From Macrostomum lignano (taxonomy: Eukaryota), in the NCBI GenBank assembly GCA_002269645.1, contig NIVC01002016.1, forward strand, positions 1-64,000: DNA of 64,000 nt, written 5' to 3'. The notes under the pieces are model-generated. The model did no database searches. It was given only the letters and a program-made list of their open reading frames with translations, and was not told the origin of the DNA. The stretch's first letter is position 1. Each line of letters begins with the position of its first letter. This document shows, in pieces, positions 12,306-25,594 of the stretch. The translations under genes were made by a program, and so were the position numbers.

Positions 12306-13002
12306 CTGTTTTAAGCAAAGCGGAATCCATTTAATCGAATTGTAACTCCATTACACAATGTATTTTATCAACAAAACTAAATACCGTCTGTAACACAGTC
12401 TGTAACACGGTAAGAGATAAACCGCAAAGAGGAACGAAATCTGACAAAGATATTTGCGAGAAAATAATTAGAAAAAATAATCGAAAATGATTAGTCAGGT
12501 TCAGCGGCAACAGAGAATGGCGGCCCAACAGAGGATACAGTGCTGTGAACTACTAGCGCTATTCACTCTCACTCCGACACAGTCACTCACAGCTCTCTAG
12601 ATTGCCAACTCGCCCACTTTGCCACATGAATAAATAATTTATTGTCAATCAACCTCTAAGCTCTCACCTCTCCTATATCCAGCTTCCCCATGCGCCTTCC
12701 ACTCCGCCAGCACTTCATTTTGCTTCAGAGAGAAAAAATGAGTTAGAGAAGGGGAGAGAAGTTCAGCTTGACTGACTTTGACGCAGAGAGGGAGTGAACT
12801 GCTGAAAAAATCTGCCAGAATTCCGTCCACGCGAGGGTTATAAAGCCTCTCCACTTACTGCTGCTCAGAGTGAGCTCAGGGCGCGCGGGATTCCGCAGGC
12901 TCTGCTGGGTGAGCACAGGCAACTCCGCCCACAGCCCTCCCCCTCCCGCTATTGTAGACCCGCTTTCAAACCCGGAGGGCTGAGCTGTCATTCAAATAAT
13001 AG

Positions 13003-13600
13003 CCACCCGCCACCAGGGAGGTGAGAGGCAGGTGAGCAGAGTCGCCACCAGGGAGGTGAGAGGCAGGTGAGCAGAGCCGCCACCAGGGAGGTGAGAGGCA
13101 GGTGGGCAGAGCCGCCACCAGGGAGGTGAGAGGCAGGTGAGCAGAGAGGGCAGAGCCGCCACCAGGGAGGTGAGAGGCAGGTGAGCAGAGAGAGGGCAGA
13201 GCCGCCACCAGGGAGGTGAGAGGCAGGTGAGCAGAGAGGGCAGAGCCGCCACCAGGGAGGTGAGAGGCAGGTGAGCAGAGAGGGCAGAGCCGCCACCAGG
13301 GAGGTGAGAGGCAGGTGAGCAGAGAGAGGGCAGAGCCGCCACCAGGGAGGTGAGAGGCAGGTGAGCAGAGAGAGGGCAGAGCCGCCACCAGGGAGGTGAG
13401 AGGCAGGTGAGCAGAGAGAGGGCAGAGCCGCCACCAGGGAGGTGAGAGGCAGGTGAGCAGAGAGAGGGCAGAGCCGCCACCAGGGAGGTGAGAGGCAGGT
13501 GAGCAGAGAGAGGGCAGAGCCGCCACCAGGGAGGTGAGAGGCAGGTGAGCAGAGAGAGGGCAGAGCCGCCACCAGGGAGGTGAGAGGCAGGTGAGCAGAG
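13003..13600. repeat. Minisatellite, 34-46 bp units (CCGCCACCAGGGAGGTGAGAGGCAGGTGAGCAGAGAGAGGGCAGAG)
   Basis: Directly visible. Confidence 0.97.
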
Positions 13601-14039
13601 GCCAGAGCCCATTGACCTTCATAGCAAACGGGCCACTTACATGTAGTTTCTTTAGTCAAAACCGGCTTCATTGCAACTAGCCAGCCTAAAAAAGAATTAG
13701 AAATCATTTTTAATATACATATTGCAAATTTCAATACTCAGTACTAACCTCTGTTAGTAGTAGCTAATTCAAAGCATCAATTAGCCACACACTGAATAAT
13801 ATCCGCGAGTTAGATAGAGACAGGAAGTGAATTGGGGAGAAAAGGTAGGACAGTGAGTGGGATAAATTACTAATGACGAGAAAATTAACAGAGTCGTAGC
13901 GGAAGTAACTGTGAACGGATTAAAATGGGATCCCGTTCGGTTGTGAGGGTGAAACAAAATACCCCTATAGAAGATGGACCAGCACAAGTGTAAATATAGA
14001 GTGATCAAGGGAGTTGCGACATGACTGGCAGGTAAATAA

Positions 14040-14735
14040 CGGGGGTAGGTAGAGAGGGGGGAGGAAAAGAGAGACAGGGGGACAGATGGAACCGGAGGAG
14101 GGAAAGGGGGAGAGGAATATAGGGAAGAGGGATATAGGGGAGAGGGATATAGGGGAGAGGGAGAGAGAGAGGAGTGGAAGAGAGAGGGAGAGAGGGAGAT
14201 AGACGGAGAGAGGAGAGTGGGAGAGAGAGGGAGAGTGGGAGAGAGAGGGAGAGTGGGAGAGAGAGGGAGAGAGGGAGAGAGAGGAGTGGGAGAGAGAGGG
14301 AGAGAAGGAGAGAAGGAGAGAGGGGAGTAGGAGAGAGAGGGAGAGAGGGAGAGAGGAGAGTGGGAGAGAGAGGGAGAATGGTAGAGAGAGGGACAGTGGG
14401 ATAGAGAGGGAGAGAGAGGAGTGGGAGAGAGAGGGAGAGAAGGAGAGAAGGAGAGAGGGGAGTAGGAGAGAGAGGGAGAGAGGGAGAGAGGAGAGTGGGA
14501 GAGAGAGGGAGAATGGTAGAGAGAGGGACAGTGGGATAGAGAGGGAGAGAGAGAGGGGGGAGAGGGAGAGAGGGAGAGAGGAGAGTGGGCGAGAGAGGGA
14601 GAGTGGGAGAGAGAGGGAGAGAGAGGGGGGAGAGGGAGAGAGGGAGAGAGAGGAGTGGGAGAGAGAGGGAGAGAAGGAGAGAAGGAGAGAGGGGAGTAGG
14701 AGAGAGAGGGAGAGAAGGAGAGAAGGAGAGAGGGG
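14040..14735. repeat. GA-rich polypurine low-complexity repeat
   Basis: Almost exclusively G/A. Confidence 0.95.
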
Positions 14736-15689
14736 ATTACACATGCAGGAAAGCGAGTAGGAGCGTGGGAAGGAGAGAATAGATGAGCAAAAGGATAGGT
14801 GCAGGATGGCGCCGGAGTGGCAGAGGCCAGCAGTCTGCATGCAAACTTATTTAAATAATCCTTTCTATTCTCAAGTAGTGTTTGAAAACGCTGCTATTTC
14901 AACAATTTTTCAAGAAATCTGCAGTAGAGCAGTGAGTTCAGAGAATATCGCCAGTTAGGGCCTCTCCAAGCAGGCATTGAAAAATCAATGAATGAATGAT
15001 GCGAGCAGCCTGTGTGAAGGGTCCTACCTATAGTATTAGAACTCATGGCTCAGGCACTCCGAATACCTGAAGGTTACAGAGGCAATGTGCTATACCGTCT
15101 TCTTCTTTTTTTCTGGAGCAGCGAAGTGTCTCCGCCGGGCCCCTATCGGTCTGTTGGCCACTCCAGATCCCAGCCTGGAAAAAAAAGTCATTTTTCTTTC
15201 CCTTCGCATGATTGCCGCCGCTCTTGAAGAAGAGGCTTGGAGTGGGAAGTGAAGGAAATTGAGTCGGAGGGGAGCTTCTGTCAGGATTTAACAAATGGTC
15301 GGGCCAGAGGAGGCTGGCCGGGAGCGATGAAGCGAGCTAGAGTAAAGCATAACCTCGTTGGTGTGCGAGGATCGCGGGGATGAGGTGCACAACGAACTTT
15401 ATGAGAGACGATGAACATTTTTCTGCAAGCAGAAAATTTTAGCTCAGAAAGACTTTCATGGAGGAGCTTAAATCTCTGATCTGAAGCAAGCCACAGGGAA
15501 AAATAATTATCTTTCTTGCTTTCACGTCAACTCCTGTTACTGCTTTGCAACCTTTTTTACCTGTCTGCCTCGGCATATCACCGCTGCCTCGTGCTCTACT
15601 GCCGACTCTAATCCCCTCTAATCCGCTCTAATCCACTGTGGGTCTTCCGTGATGTCTGCCTCTTGGATTGACTCATAATCTCGACCACT

Positions 15690-16065
15690 CTCCCTCTCTT
15701 ACATTCTTCAGCTCTCCCTCTCTCCCTCACTCTCTCACCCTCTCCCTCTCACCCTCTCTCCCTCTCTCCCTCACTCTCTCACCCTCTCTCCCTCTCACTT
15801 TCTCTCCCTCTCACCCTGTATCCCTCTCACCCTGTATCCCTCTCACCCTGTATCCCTCTCACCCTGTATCCCTCTCACCCTGTATCCCTCTCACCCTGTA
15901 TCCCTCTCACCCTGTATCCCTCTCACCCTGTATCCCTCTCACCCTGTATCCCTCTCACCCTGTATCCCTCTCACCCTGTATCCCTCTCACCTTGTATGCC
16001 TCTCACCCTTCTTCTACTCTCCCTCTCCCCTCTCCCCTCTCTCCCTCTCTCGCCTTTCTCAAAGT
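15690..16065. repeat. CT-rich tract including a 16-bp unit (CTCTCACCCTGTATCC)
   Basis: Directly visible. Confidence 0.93.
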
Positions 16066-16741
16066 CTGCCCAGTAGTCTGAGTAGTCTTACTCACCCAAA
16101 AATATCTCAATATTTATAAAACCGGATCGGCCAGACTCAGAGTTCATCCCCACCGGAGCGGATCTTTTTCAGCTTCCCAGCTTCAACTCAATCGCTATTC
16201 AGCTGGTGCAGTGGTGCTCAGCCACCGATTCCCGCCCTTCCCCATCTGTCACTTCTCAAGAGTGCTACAAGCCGGCACAAAAAAAGCGAGATCACCAAAG
16301 CCAAGACCGGCGACGAGAGCTGAACTCAAGCACGGCTGAGCAGGGCAAGAAGGCATCGCTACTGGTATTTGAGTATGAGAAACTGAAAACCTGCGCCGCT
16401 CAGAGACCAGTGCCGCCCTGTACAGGGCCTCTCCCCATACTCCCTGCTCTGCCCATGTTAGATTTTAGTAACTGGAGACATTTCCAAGCGGAATTTTCCT
16501 ATTCAAAAAATTGCAAACATCCTCCCTGCCAAACTCACTCACTCGCTCCCTCTCTCTCTCTCTCTCCTCTCAATCTTCTGCCTGTCTTCAAGGCAGCTCA
16601 GGTGCGCGCGAGCAAGGCGATAGAATACCTAGAATGGGAGAGAAAGAGGTGAGAGGCGGAGGCCGTTGGGGACAGCCGGGATTCAGCAGCCGCTGAGATG
16701 GGGAAGCTGAGGGAAGGGGACGGCTTGACTGAACAGGGAGT

Positions 16742-17893
16742 TCAGGCTGTCAGCTGGGGGAATTTCGCCTGCGGCGTCCGACCGGCCGACACCGAGGGGC
16801 TCCAGTTGGCGGCGCTGCTGCTGTAGCTGGAGACGCTGACGCTGCGATCGTACACTTGCTGCGGCTGCTGCTGCTGCTGATGATGATGATGAAGCTGTTG
16901 GAGATGCTGTGGCGTCTGGCCGAGCCGGCCTATCAGAGGCGAACCGGCGGCGCTTTTGCTGGCTGAGCCGCTTCTGTAGGCAGACGGCGAGGATGCCTGC
17001 CGCTGGTACAGCAGGCCGCCGTGCTGATGCTGCTGATGCGCCAGCAGCGGCTGCCTGGCTGGCGATCCCTGGCCAATGGAGTCCATGCCAGCCATGGAGC
17101 TCATGGCCGTCAGCGGGATGCACTCCGGCGGCAGCTTCAACCCGTCCGCGCCGACAAAGCCGCCGCTCTTGATCAAACTGCCGGCGTTGAGATCGTTGTC
17201 GTTGTCGGCGTCGCGATCCTCTTCATCGTCGTCTTCGAAGTGCTCGGCCCTCGCGCTGACGCCGCGGCGGCCGATGACTGTTGAGCGCCCGAGACCCGAG
17301 CTGCAGCAGCCGCCGCCACCGCCGCCGCCACCGCCGCCGCCTCCGCCCGTGGCTTCAAAGTAAACGTAGCGCTTGAAGGCGAAGACGGACTGGAAGGAGC
17401 TCGCCAGGATCTGCGCCGAGTGCGCTGTCACGGCCACGATGTGGAGGAAAATTCGACGGTCGATGCCGCGGCACCGGCTGACCAGGTACCAGTCCTGCTG
17501 GAAGTCGGCGCTGCCCGCCACGTAGCGGCGCAGGTCGGACTCGACCAGAACGCCGACAATGCTCATGCCGATGGCCATGAGGCCCAGCATGGCAGCTAGC
17601 AGGCTCAGCACCATGCTGCTGATTGAGGCGCGCGCGCCGCCGCTGCCGCGTGAGGTGCCGAGCGCCAGCAGGCCGTTGGCGGCGTAGAAGGCGCCGGTCC
17701 AGGTGCCAACGGCCAGGAAGCCGGCGAAGCACTGGTCGAAGTGGCATGCGATCGAGGCGACAAACGCGGCCGCGCCTGTGCCGATCTGGGCCAGCGCGGT
17801 GGCCTGCACCCGCTTGGCGAAGGGCGAGCCGCCGCCACTACCGCCGCCGCCGCCTTCGCTGTCGCCGCCGTCTCGAGCACAACGCCGGCACAT
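16742..17893 (-). CDS. MS4A/CD20-like four-transmembrane protein, 383 aa, intronless CDS, long low-complexity C-terminal tail
   Basis: Four hydrophobic segments: LAQIGTGAAAFVASIAC, FLAVGTWTGAFYAANGLLAL (the G.W.G.F...G.L motif of CD20-like TM2), MVLSLLAAMLGLMAIGMSIVGVLV, IFLHIVAVTAHSAQILASS. Start is taken at the Met at 17893 because an acceptor (TTTACCATACAG) lies 13 nt upstream and GC3-rich coding style begins there. Confidence 0.75.
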   Translation of the reverse strand: MCRRCARDGGDSEGGGGGSGGGSPFAKRVQATALAQIGTGAAAFVASIACHFDQCFAGFLAVGTWTGAFYAANGLLALGTSRGSGGARASISSMVLSLLAAMLGLMAIGMSIVGVLVESDLRRYVAGSADFQQDWYLVSRCRGIDRRIFLHIVAVTAHSAQILASSFQSVFAFKRYVYFEATGGGGGGGGGGGGGCCSSGLGRSTVIGRRGVSARAEHFEDDDEEDRDADNDNDLNAGSLIKSGGFVGADGLKLPPECIPLTAMSSMAGMDSIGQGSPARQPLLAHQQHQHGGLLYQRQASSPSAYRSGSASKSAAGSPLIGRLGQTPQHLQQLHHHHQQQQQPQQVYDRSVSVSSYSSSAANWSPSVSAGRTPQAKFPQLTA

Positions 17894-18109
17894 GATTTCA
17901 ATTATTCTGTATGGTAAAGTGAAGCGCCTCGGCTGCAAGGTAGCCAGGGCAGCCGCTGTAGAATTGAGGAGACTGGGAGGGCAGGGGGTGCCTATCTTAT
18001 GAGCAGAAGCGCTGAAAGCTCTGCTATTGGCCGGGACCGCCGGGCTGAGGACTGGATGGCGTGACAGGGTGAGTGGATACGCCCTCGCCTTCGCTTCTGA
18101 CTCCTTGAC

Positions 18110-18965
18110 CGTGGGATAGATTAGCAACCCATGTACTAGATTATGAATTCAGTCTAGTATTTTCATGATATTTTATTAGATTAGCGATCCTTTCCACTGC
18201 TACATCAATGGTGACTAGATTAGCAATCCATTCTAATCCTTCATCACTCGTGTTGGCTAGATTAGCAAGCCATTCTAATCCTTTATTACTCATGTTGGCT
18301 AGATTAGCAATCCATTCTAATCCTTGATCACTCGTGCTCGTGCTCACTAGATTAGCAATCCATTCTAATCCTTCATCACTCATGCTCACTAGATTAGCAA
18401 TCCATTTTAATCCTTGATCACTCGTGTTGGCTAGATTAGCGAACCGTTCTAATCCTTATCCACATGTGTTGGTTAGATTAGCAATCCATTCTAATCCTTC
18501 ATCACTCATGTTCACTAGATTAGCAATCCATTCTAATCCTTCATCACTCGTGTTCACTAGATTAGCAATCCATTCTAATCCTTCATCACTCGTGTTGTCT
18601 AGATTAGCGAACCGTTCTAATCCTTATCCACATGTGTTGGCTAGATTAGCAATCCATTCTAATCCTTCATCACCCATGTTGGCTAGATTAGCAATCATTC
18701 CAATCCTGTATCACTCGTGTTGGCTAGATTAGCAATCCATTCTAATCCTTCATCGCTCATGCTCACTAGATTAGCAATCCATTCGAATCCTTTATCACTC
18801 ATGTTGGCTAGATTAGCAATCCTTTCTAATCCTTTATCACTCATGTTGGCTAGATTAGCGAACCATTCTAATCCTTTATTACTCATGTTGGCTAGATTAG
18901 CAAGCCATTCTAATCCTTCATCACTCGTGTTGGCTAGATTAGCAATCCATTCTAATCCTTCATTC
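18110..18965. repeat. Diverged 42-bp minisatellite (GCTAGATTAGCAATCCATTCTAATCCTTCATCACTCGTGTTG)
   Basis: Directly visible; shares its core with the 3905-8590 array in opposite orientation. Confidence 0.95.
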
Positions 18966-19604
18966 TCTCTATGATGCGCAACATGGCAGATCGGGTCAGC
19001 CGCAGTGCAATAATCATATTGTCGAATCATTGTGCAAAGCGGAGCCCGGGGCTAAAAAAGAAGACAGGATTTGCTGCTCGCAAATTGCTTGGGCGGGGCT
19101 TCTAGCCTCTTTGACTAGAGAGTCGCTTCTTCTTTTGTTACTTTAACCAGCCCACCTGGCCTCATTCGGGGCCGCCTCCCGACCTACCCCGAAGCGGGAT
19201 CATTAGCGAGCAGCATACCAAGCCTCCCCTCGCCATCATTCCGTTCCCCCCTTTGCTCTCCCATTTTCTCAATCATTTAATGCATCATTTTTGCATGGAA
19301 ACTCCTATTCTGTATTAGAAATAAAGAATCTGAGGAATAACTCCTGTCGGATGCTCTATTCCATAACAGCTACTATAAGTAGTGGAACAAGAGCGAGCCT
19401 ACACACCATTCACATCAAATAGCATTGCTTATCTTCCAGGTAACATTAAATATTTCCCTGTGTGCTGCTCTGGCCAAATTTAAGCAGTTTTTGTTTAAAA
19501 ACATTAAAAATATTAAAAACAATTGATTTGAATAATTAAAAACAAATTATTCAAATACTAGTCAAATTCAATCTATCAATATGCGACAAGAAAGCGCATC
19601 CAAT

Positions 19605-20940
19605 TGGACACCCGGACACACCTGATAGAACACAAGGACACACCTGATAGGACACAAGGACATACCAGACAACGAACCCGGACACACCTGATAGGACACA
19701 AGGACACACCTGATAGAACACAAGGACACACCTGATAGAACACAAGGACACACCTGATAGAACACAAGAACACACCTGATAGGACACAAGGACACACCGG
19801 ACAACAAACCCGGACACACCTGGAAGGACACAAGGACACACCAAACAGGACATTCGGACACACATGATAGGACACAAGGACACACCTGGAAGGACACAAG
19901 GACACACCTGGAAGGACACAAGGACACACCAGACAGGACATTCGGACACACCTGATAGGACACAAGGACACACCTGATAGGACACAAGGACACACCTGAT
20001 AGAACACAAGGACACACCTGATAGAACACAAGAACACACCTGATAGGACACAAGGACACACCGGACAACAAACCCGGACACACCTGGAAGGACACAAGGA
20101 CACACCAAACAGGACATTCGGACACACATGATAGGACACAAGGACACACCTGGAAGGACACAAGGACACACCAGACAGGACATTCGGACACACCTGATAG
20201 GACACAAGGACACACCTGATAGAACACAAGGACACACCTGATAGAACACAAGGACACACCTGATAGAACACAAGAACACACCTGATAGGACACAAGGACA
20301 CACCGGACAACAAACCCGGACACACCTGGAAGGACACAAGGACACACCAAACAGGACATTCGGACACACATGATAGGACACAAGGACACACCTGGAAGGA
20401 CGCAAGGACACACCAGACAGGACATTCGGACACACCTGATAGGACACAAGGACACACCTGATAGGACACAAGGACACACCTGATAGGACACAAGGACACA
20501 CCTGATAGGACACAAGGACACACCAGACAGGACATTCGGACACACCTGATAGGACACAAGGACACACCTGATAGAACACAAGGACACACCTGATAGAACA
20601 CAAGGACACACCTGATAGAACACAAGAACACACCTGATAGGACACAAGGACACACCGGACAACAAACCCGGACACACCTGGAAGGACACAAGGACACACC
20701 AAACAGGACTTTCGGACACACATGATAGGACACAAGGACACACCTGGAAGGACGCAAGGACACACCAGACAGGACATTCGGACACACCTGATAGGACACA
20801 AGGACACACCTGATAGGACACAAGGACACACCTGATAGGACACAAGGACACACCTGATAGGACACAAGGACACACCAGACAGGACATTCGGACACACCTG
20901 ATAGGACACAAGGACACACCTGATAGAACACAAGGACACT
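19605..20940. repeat. 22-bp minisatellite (GACACACCTGATAGGACACAAG) with higher-order variant blocks
   Basis: Directly visible. Confidence 0.97.
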
Positions 20941-22364
20941 GTAAGCCAGGGAGCACCAGAAAAAGAAACTACAGAACAATTCCCGCACTGATTGGCCTTG
21001 TATCCCTCCAGCTTGATACTCCAATTTCATGCGCAGTCAGGCCCGAGCTGAAGCCCCAACTGCGGCTCAGGCACAGCTGAACTGATCAAGTGGAGTCCAG
21101 TGTTTGCCCATCGCCAAGAGAATCAGAGACAGAGAGGGGGAGAAACTGAGAAAGACAGAGTTTTAGATAGAGAGAAGATCAGTAAAGTCTCTCGATTTCT
21201 CCCTAGTCCTTGAGTTTCTTTCCAGTCCAATTAGATTTACGCTGAGAGAGAGATTGAGATTGAGTAGAATTCAAGCCAATCGATTGAACAGACAGTTGCC
21301 TTAAGTTATGGAGTTTCAAAAATATTATACTAACGTCTCACTAACAGTACTTGTACGTACATAAGTACTGCTTTTGTTCTCCATTCTCTAGAGCAGCAGT
21401 CACTACACTCGGCCATAGACAAAAATAGTGTGGACCAGCTTCAAGGAGTTCTATAGTTAGCATCTGGAGTGGAAACGAGGTCAGGTCAAGGCTCTGCTCT
21501 CTAGTTAAAAGACAATCAAGTTTTCTGGCTACATTTCTACATGATTTCTACCCTGGGAGAGGCTAAAAACTGAAAAAATACAATTTCCAATGAATCTGCA
21601 CTGACCTTCGGGTTGTCTCTATGCTTCAGCCTTGCTGTTAGAATTGGGAGCCAGGGCAGGGTGCGCATTTCCGTCTGAACAAATCAATTACTACGAAGCA
21701 GCTCAAATAGACATGAAAATACACTTTAGGCTCGAGTCTGGGAGATCGTTGGGCCATCCCAGGGCTTAAGCGGTTTAACTATTCCTGGAACTATTCCTGG
21801 ATGGAATTTCTCAACCCATCGAAAATTCACATATCATATCTGCATTTGATATTATGGAGAACTACCTATACATTTATTTGAGCCGATTTCTGTATATTTA
21901 AATGATGTAGCATCTTTAGCAGCAAAAGCAGCAGACAGGCAATATGAGACCTCTTGTTGACTCAAGTAGCGAATGTCCCACTTGCACTTGCAAGCCAGCT
22001 ATCCTGAACTTCCATGGTATATATTTGACACGACCTGGCCTAGAACCACCTCCAGTCTTCTGCTCCACTGATTTCTTGTACCTCCAGGTAGCACAGCGCA
22101 CTAATTAAAACGGCCTCCCGATCTTATCAGTTCAATTTAACTAATTACCTTATGCCGAGCGGGTGAGAGAGTAGATGAAAAAAACTGTAGACTATTTTTT
22201 CTCCCTAAAGTTATGGGTATGGCAATGACCTTCTGGGATTGAAACCCGGCTATAAGACCGTGGGCTTCCATAGTATAGCGATTGTCTATTGGCTGGTTTC
22301 AATATTAATGATTAGAATTTGTCCTTGTACTTTGCCTTATCCTTTTAGATGTTATTGAAGAATC

Positions 22365-23185
22365 TCATCTCAGGGTGAGATGTTAGTGAAGAGTCTCAGG
22401 GTGAGATTTTAGTGAAGAAGAGTCTCCGGGGTGAGATGTTAGTGAAGAATCTCAGGGTGAGATGTTAGTGAAGAATCTCAGGGTGAGATTTTAGTGAAGA
22501 AGAGTCTCAGGGTGAGATGTTAGTGAAGAGTCTCAGGGTGAGATTTTAGTGAAGAGTCTCAGGGTGAGATTTTAGTGAAGAAGAATCTCCAGGGTGAGAT
22601 GTTAGTGAAGAATCTCAGGGTGAGATGTTAGTGAAGAAGAGTCTCCGGGTGAGATGTTAGTGAAGAATCTCAGGGTGAGATGTTAGTGAAGAGTCTCAGG
22701 GTGAGATGTTAGTGAAGAGTCTCAGGGTGAGATTTTAGTGAAGAAGAGTCTCCGGGTGAGATGTTAGTGAAGAATCTCCGGGTGAGATGTTAGTGAAGAA
22801 TCTCAGGGTGAGATTTTAGTGAAGAAGAGTCTCAGGGTGAGATGTTAGTGAAGAGTCTCAGGGTGAGATTTTAGTGAAGAGTCTCAGGGTGAGATTTTAG
22901 TGAAGAAGAATCTCCAGGGTGAGATGTTAGTGAAGAATCTCAGGGTGAGATGTTAGTGAAGAAGAGTCTCCGGGTGAGATGTTAGTGAAGAATCTCAGGG
23001 TGAGATGTTAGTGAAGAGTCTCAGGGTGAGATGTTAGTGAAGAGTCTCAGGGTGAGATTTTAGTGAAGAAGAGTCTCCGGGTGAGATGTTAGTGAAGAAT
23101 CTCAGGGTGAGATGTTAGTGAAGAATCTCAGGGTGAGATGTTAAAGAAGAATCTCAGGGTGAGATGCTAGTGAAGAATCTCAAAA
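22365..23185 (+). repeat. 26-bp minisatellite (CAGGGTGAGATGTTAGTGAAGAATCT)
   Basis: Directly visible. Confidence 0.97.
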
Positions 23186-23714
23186 TATAGATATACCTCA
23201 AGACCGGCAGTGCTTTAAAACTGTGCAAATATCAAGGCCCTCAATAACAATTAGCAGCGTTTTAAAAGGAATTTCCTTTCAATGTCAGGCCAGCAGGCGC
23301 TTCCAGTTGCTGCTTCAACCCCCCGCTGCTCCCGTTCAGCCCCTCGTAGGAATGCGTGTGGGTTTCGGAGACGCTGGACTGAGCAGCAGCAGAAATCCCT
23401 GGCGGTTGCCTTGGCAACTGAGTTGAGAAGAATGAGAGGCAGGGGCAGTGGGTGAAGGAGTTTGTGGCGGAGGATCCTGCCAGTGGAGAGTGGCTTCTCT
23501 ATTGACTTTTAATGAGAATCGGGGCTGGAGACTGGGGCTTGAGTAGACGGACGACTGCAGCACAGATGTCGGAGCCGCGCTTGCTCACCAGCCGCACTGT
23601 GGAATATTGATTGTGGCTGGTCGATGCTCCTCATGATTTATCACTGCTGAGCTCTGCTGCACTTCAGGCAGCTGCGGACACTTCAAGTTGGGGGAGTGGC
23701 TTGGCAAATCAATG

Positions 23715-24710
23715 TTAATTCTCACTGAGATTCCTTACTGGAATCTCGCTGAGATTCCTTACTAAACTCTCGCTGAGATTCCTTACTGGAATCTCGCTGA
23801 GATTCCTTACTAAACTCTCGCTGAGATTCCTTACTGGAATCTCGCTGAGATTCCTTACAGGACTCTCGCTGAGATTCATTACTGGACTCTCGCTGAGATT
23901 CCTTACAGGACTCTCACTGAGATTCATTACTGGACTCTCGCTGAGATTCCTTACAGGACTCTCACTGAGATTCATTACTGGACTCTCGCTGAGATTCCTT
24001 ACAGGACTCTCACTGAGATTCATTACTGGACTCTCACTGAGATTCCTTACTGGACTCTCGCTGAGATTCCTTACAGGACTCTCGCTGAGATTCATTACTA
24101 GACTCTCACTGAGATTCCTTACTGGACTCTCACTGAGATTCCTTACTGGACTCTCACTGAGATTCATTACTGGACTCTCGCTGAGATTCATTACAGGACT
24201 CTCGCTGAGATTCCTTACTGGACTCTCACTGAGATTCATTACTGGACTCTCGCTGAGATTCATTACAGGACTCTCGCTGAGATTCCTTACTGGACTCTCA
24301 CTGAGATTCCTTACTGGACTCTCACTGAGATTCATTACTGGACTCTCGCTGAGATTCATTACTGGAATTTCGCTGGAATCTCATCCTGAGAATTTTCACT
24401 GGAGTCTTACCCTGAGCTTTTTCATTGGAATCTCATCCTGAGAATTTTCACTGCAGTCTTACCTGAGATTTTTTATTGGAATCTCACCCTGGGATTCTTC
24501 ACTAGAATCTCACCCTGAGATTTTTCACTAGAATCTCACCCTGAGATTCTTTACTGGAGTCTCACCCTGAGATTCTTCACTAGAGTATCATCCTGAGATT
24601 CTTCACTGGAGTCTCATCATGAGATTCTTCACTGGAGTCTCACCATGAGATTCTTCACCGGAGTCTCATCATGAGATTCTGCACTGGAGTCTCACCTTGA
24701 GATTCCTAAC
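23715..24710 (-). repeat. 24-bp array grading into a 26-bp array that is the reverse complement of the 22365-23185 unit
   Basis: CTGAGATTCCTTACTGGACTCTCG units, then TCTCACCCTGAGATTCTTCACTGGAG units. Confidence 0.93.
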
Positions 24711-25594
24711 TATCTTCAATAAAATCAAACAAAGAACAGTTCGGAAAGTTTTGGAAGGCTGGCATTTGCAGAGGATTCGAAGAGTCTCATTTTATTACTA
24801 TCATCGTTACTGACCCATGTCTGCTGCCTCTCCCAGCCCAAGCTGTTGGAATCCCCGGGCCCGTGCGGAAAAAATCCTCCGGCTTTCAAATCTCGGTGCG
24901 CCGCGCATCGATGCGAACACCGAATGCCTCTGCGAATTTCTAGAATCCTTAGAGACGGGGAGGCTGGATGCCCTCCCCCTGCACATGCTGGTTGGCTCAA
25001 CGGGAGAGGGGAGGGAGGGGAACGCAGGAGAGAGAGAGGGGGACCCCTGGTAGCTGGGGAAAAGTGGAGAACTCATGTCCAAGGGCTAATATTTGCGCAG
25101 CCCTGGCGCGCGGGTCCTCAATCTTCAGCTCGGAGGAACTGCGGGTGAGAAAAAAAAACCTACTGCAGATTCGCATTGGCACGAGCCAAAGTATAAAGCT
25201 AATAACAGCCGGGCATCAGCTCTGGTGACACCTCTCAGCGAAAGACACCTAGCTGATACAAATTGAATATCTGGGAAGACGCTGAGCAATGTCAGATCCA
25301 CAAGTCATAGCAACTGAACCGCATCTCAACTCCTTTTATCCGCGCTAACTTTAAGTTAAGGTAAGTCCGATCAGGCTGCGTAAAGTCTGCATTTATTTTC
25401 CTATAATCTCTGCCATCCTCTCTTTTTCCCAGGAGCCTCGCTCCGTCCTCCAGACTGATTGATCGAGTGTGTGAGTGCTAGGGGAGCCGGGGAGCAGCTC
25501 AGCTCTCATGCTGTGAGCTCCCTCTTGGCGCTGCTCCGGTCTCATGGCTAGCATGCCGGTTAGCTTATATGGGTTTGAATCAGCCCACTGTCTT

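Noticed and set aside
10663-12334. 400-520 aa ORFs in three frames
   Set aside because: Translations of a 21/15-bp minisatellite lacking stop codons; open in several frames and on both strands, with no coding-style unique sequence.
17894-18127. 78-aa N-terminal extension of the MS4A-like ORF
   Set aside because: Begins with a non-ATG codon at a satellite edge, lacks the GC3 coding style and contains an acceptor just before the internal ATG.
19551-21030. Cys/Val-rich 460-480 aa ORFs
   Set aside because: All three minus frames are open because the 22-bp unit lacks stops; repeat artefact.
21916-22101. KKSVEQKTGGG peptide reminiscent of Myb/SANT-like transposon proteins
   Set aside because: Too short; no flanking domain or element termini seen.
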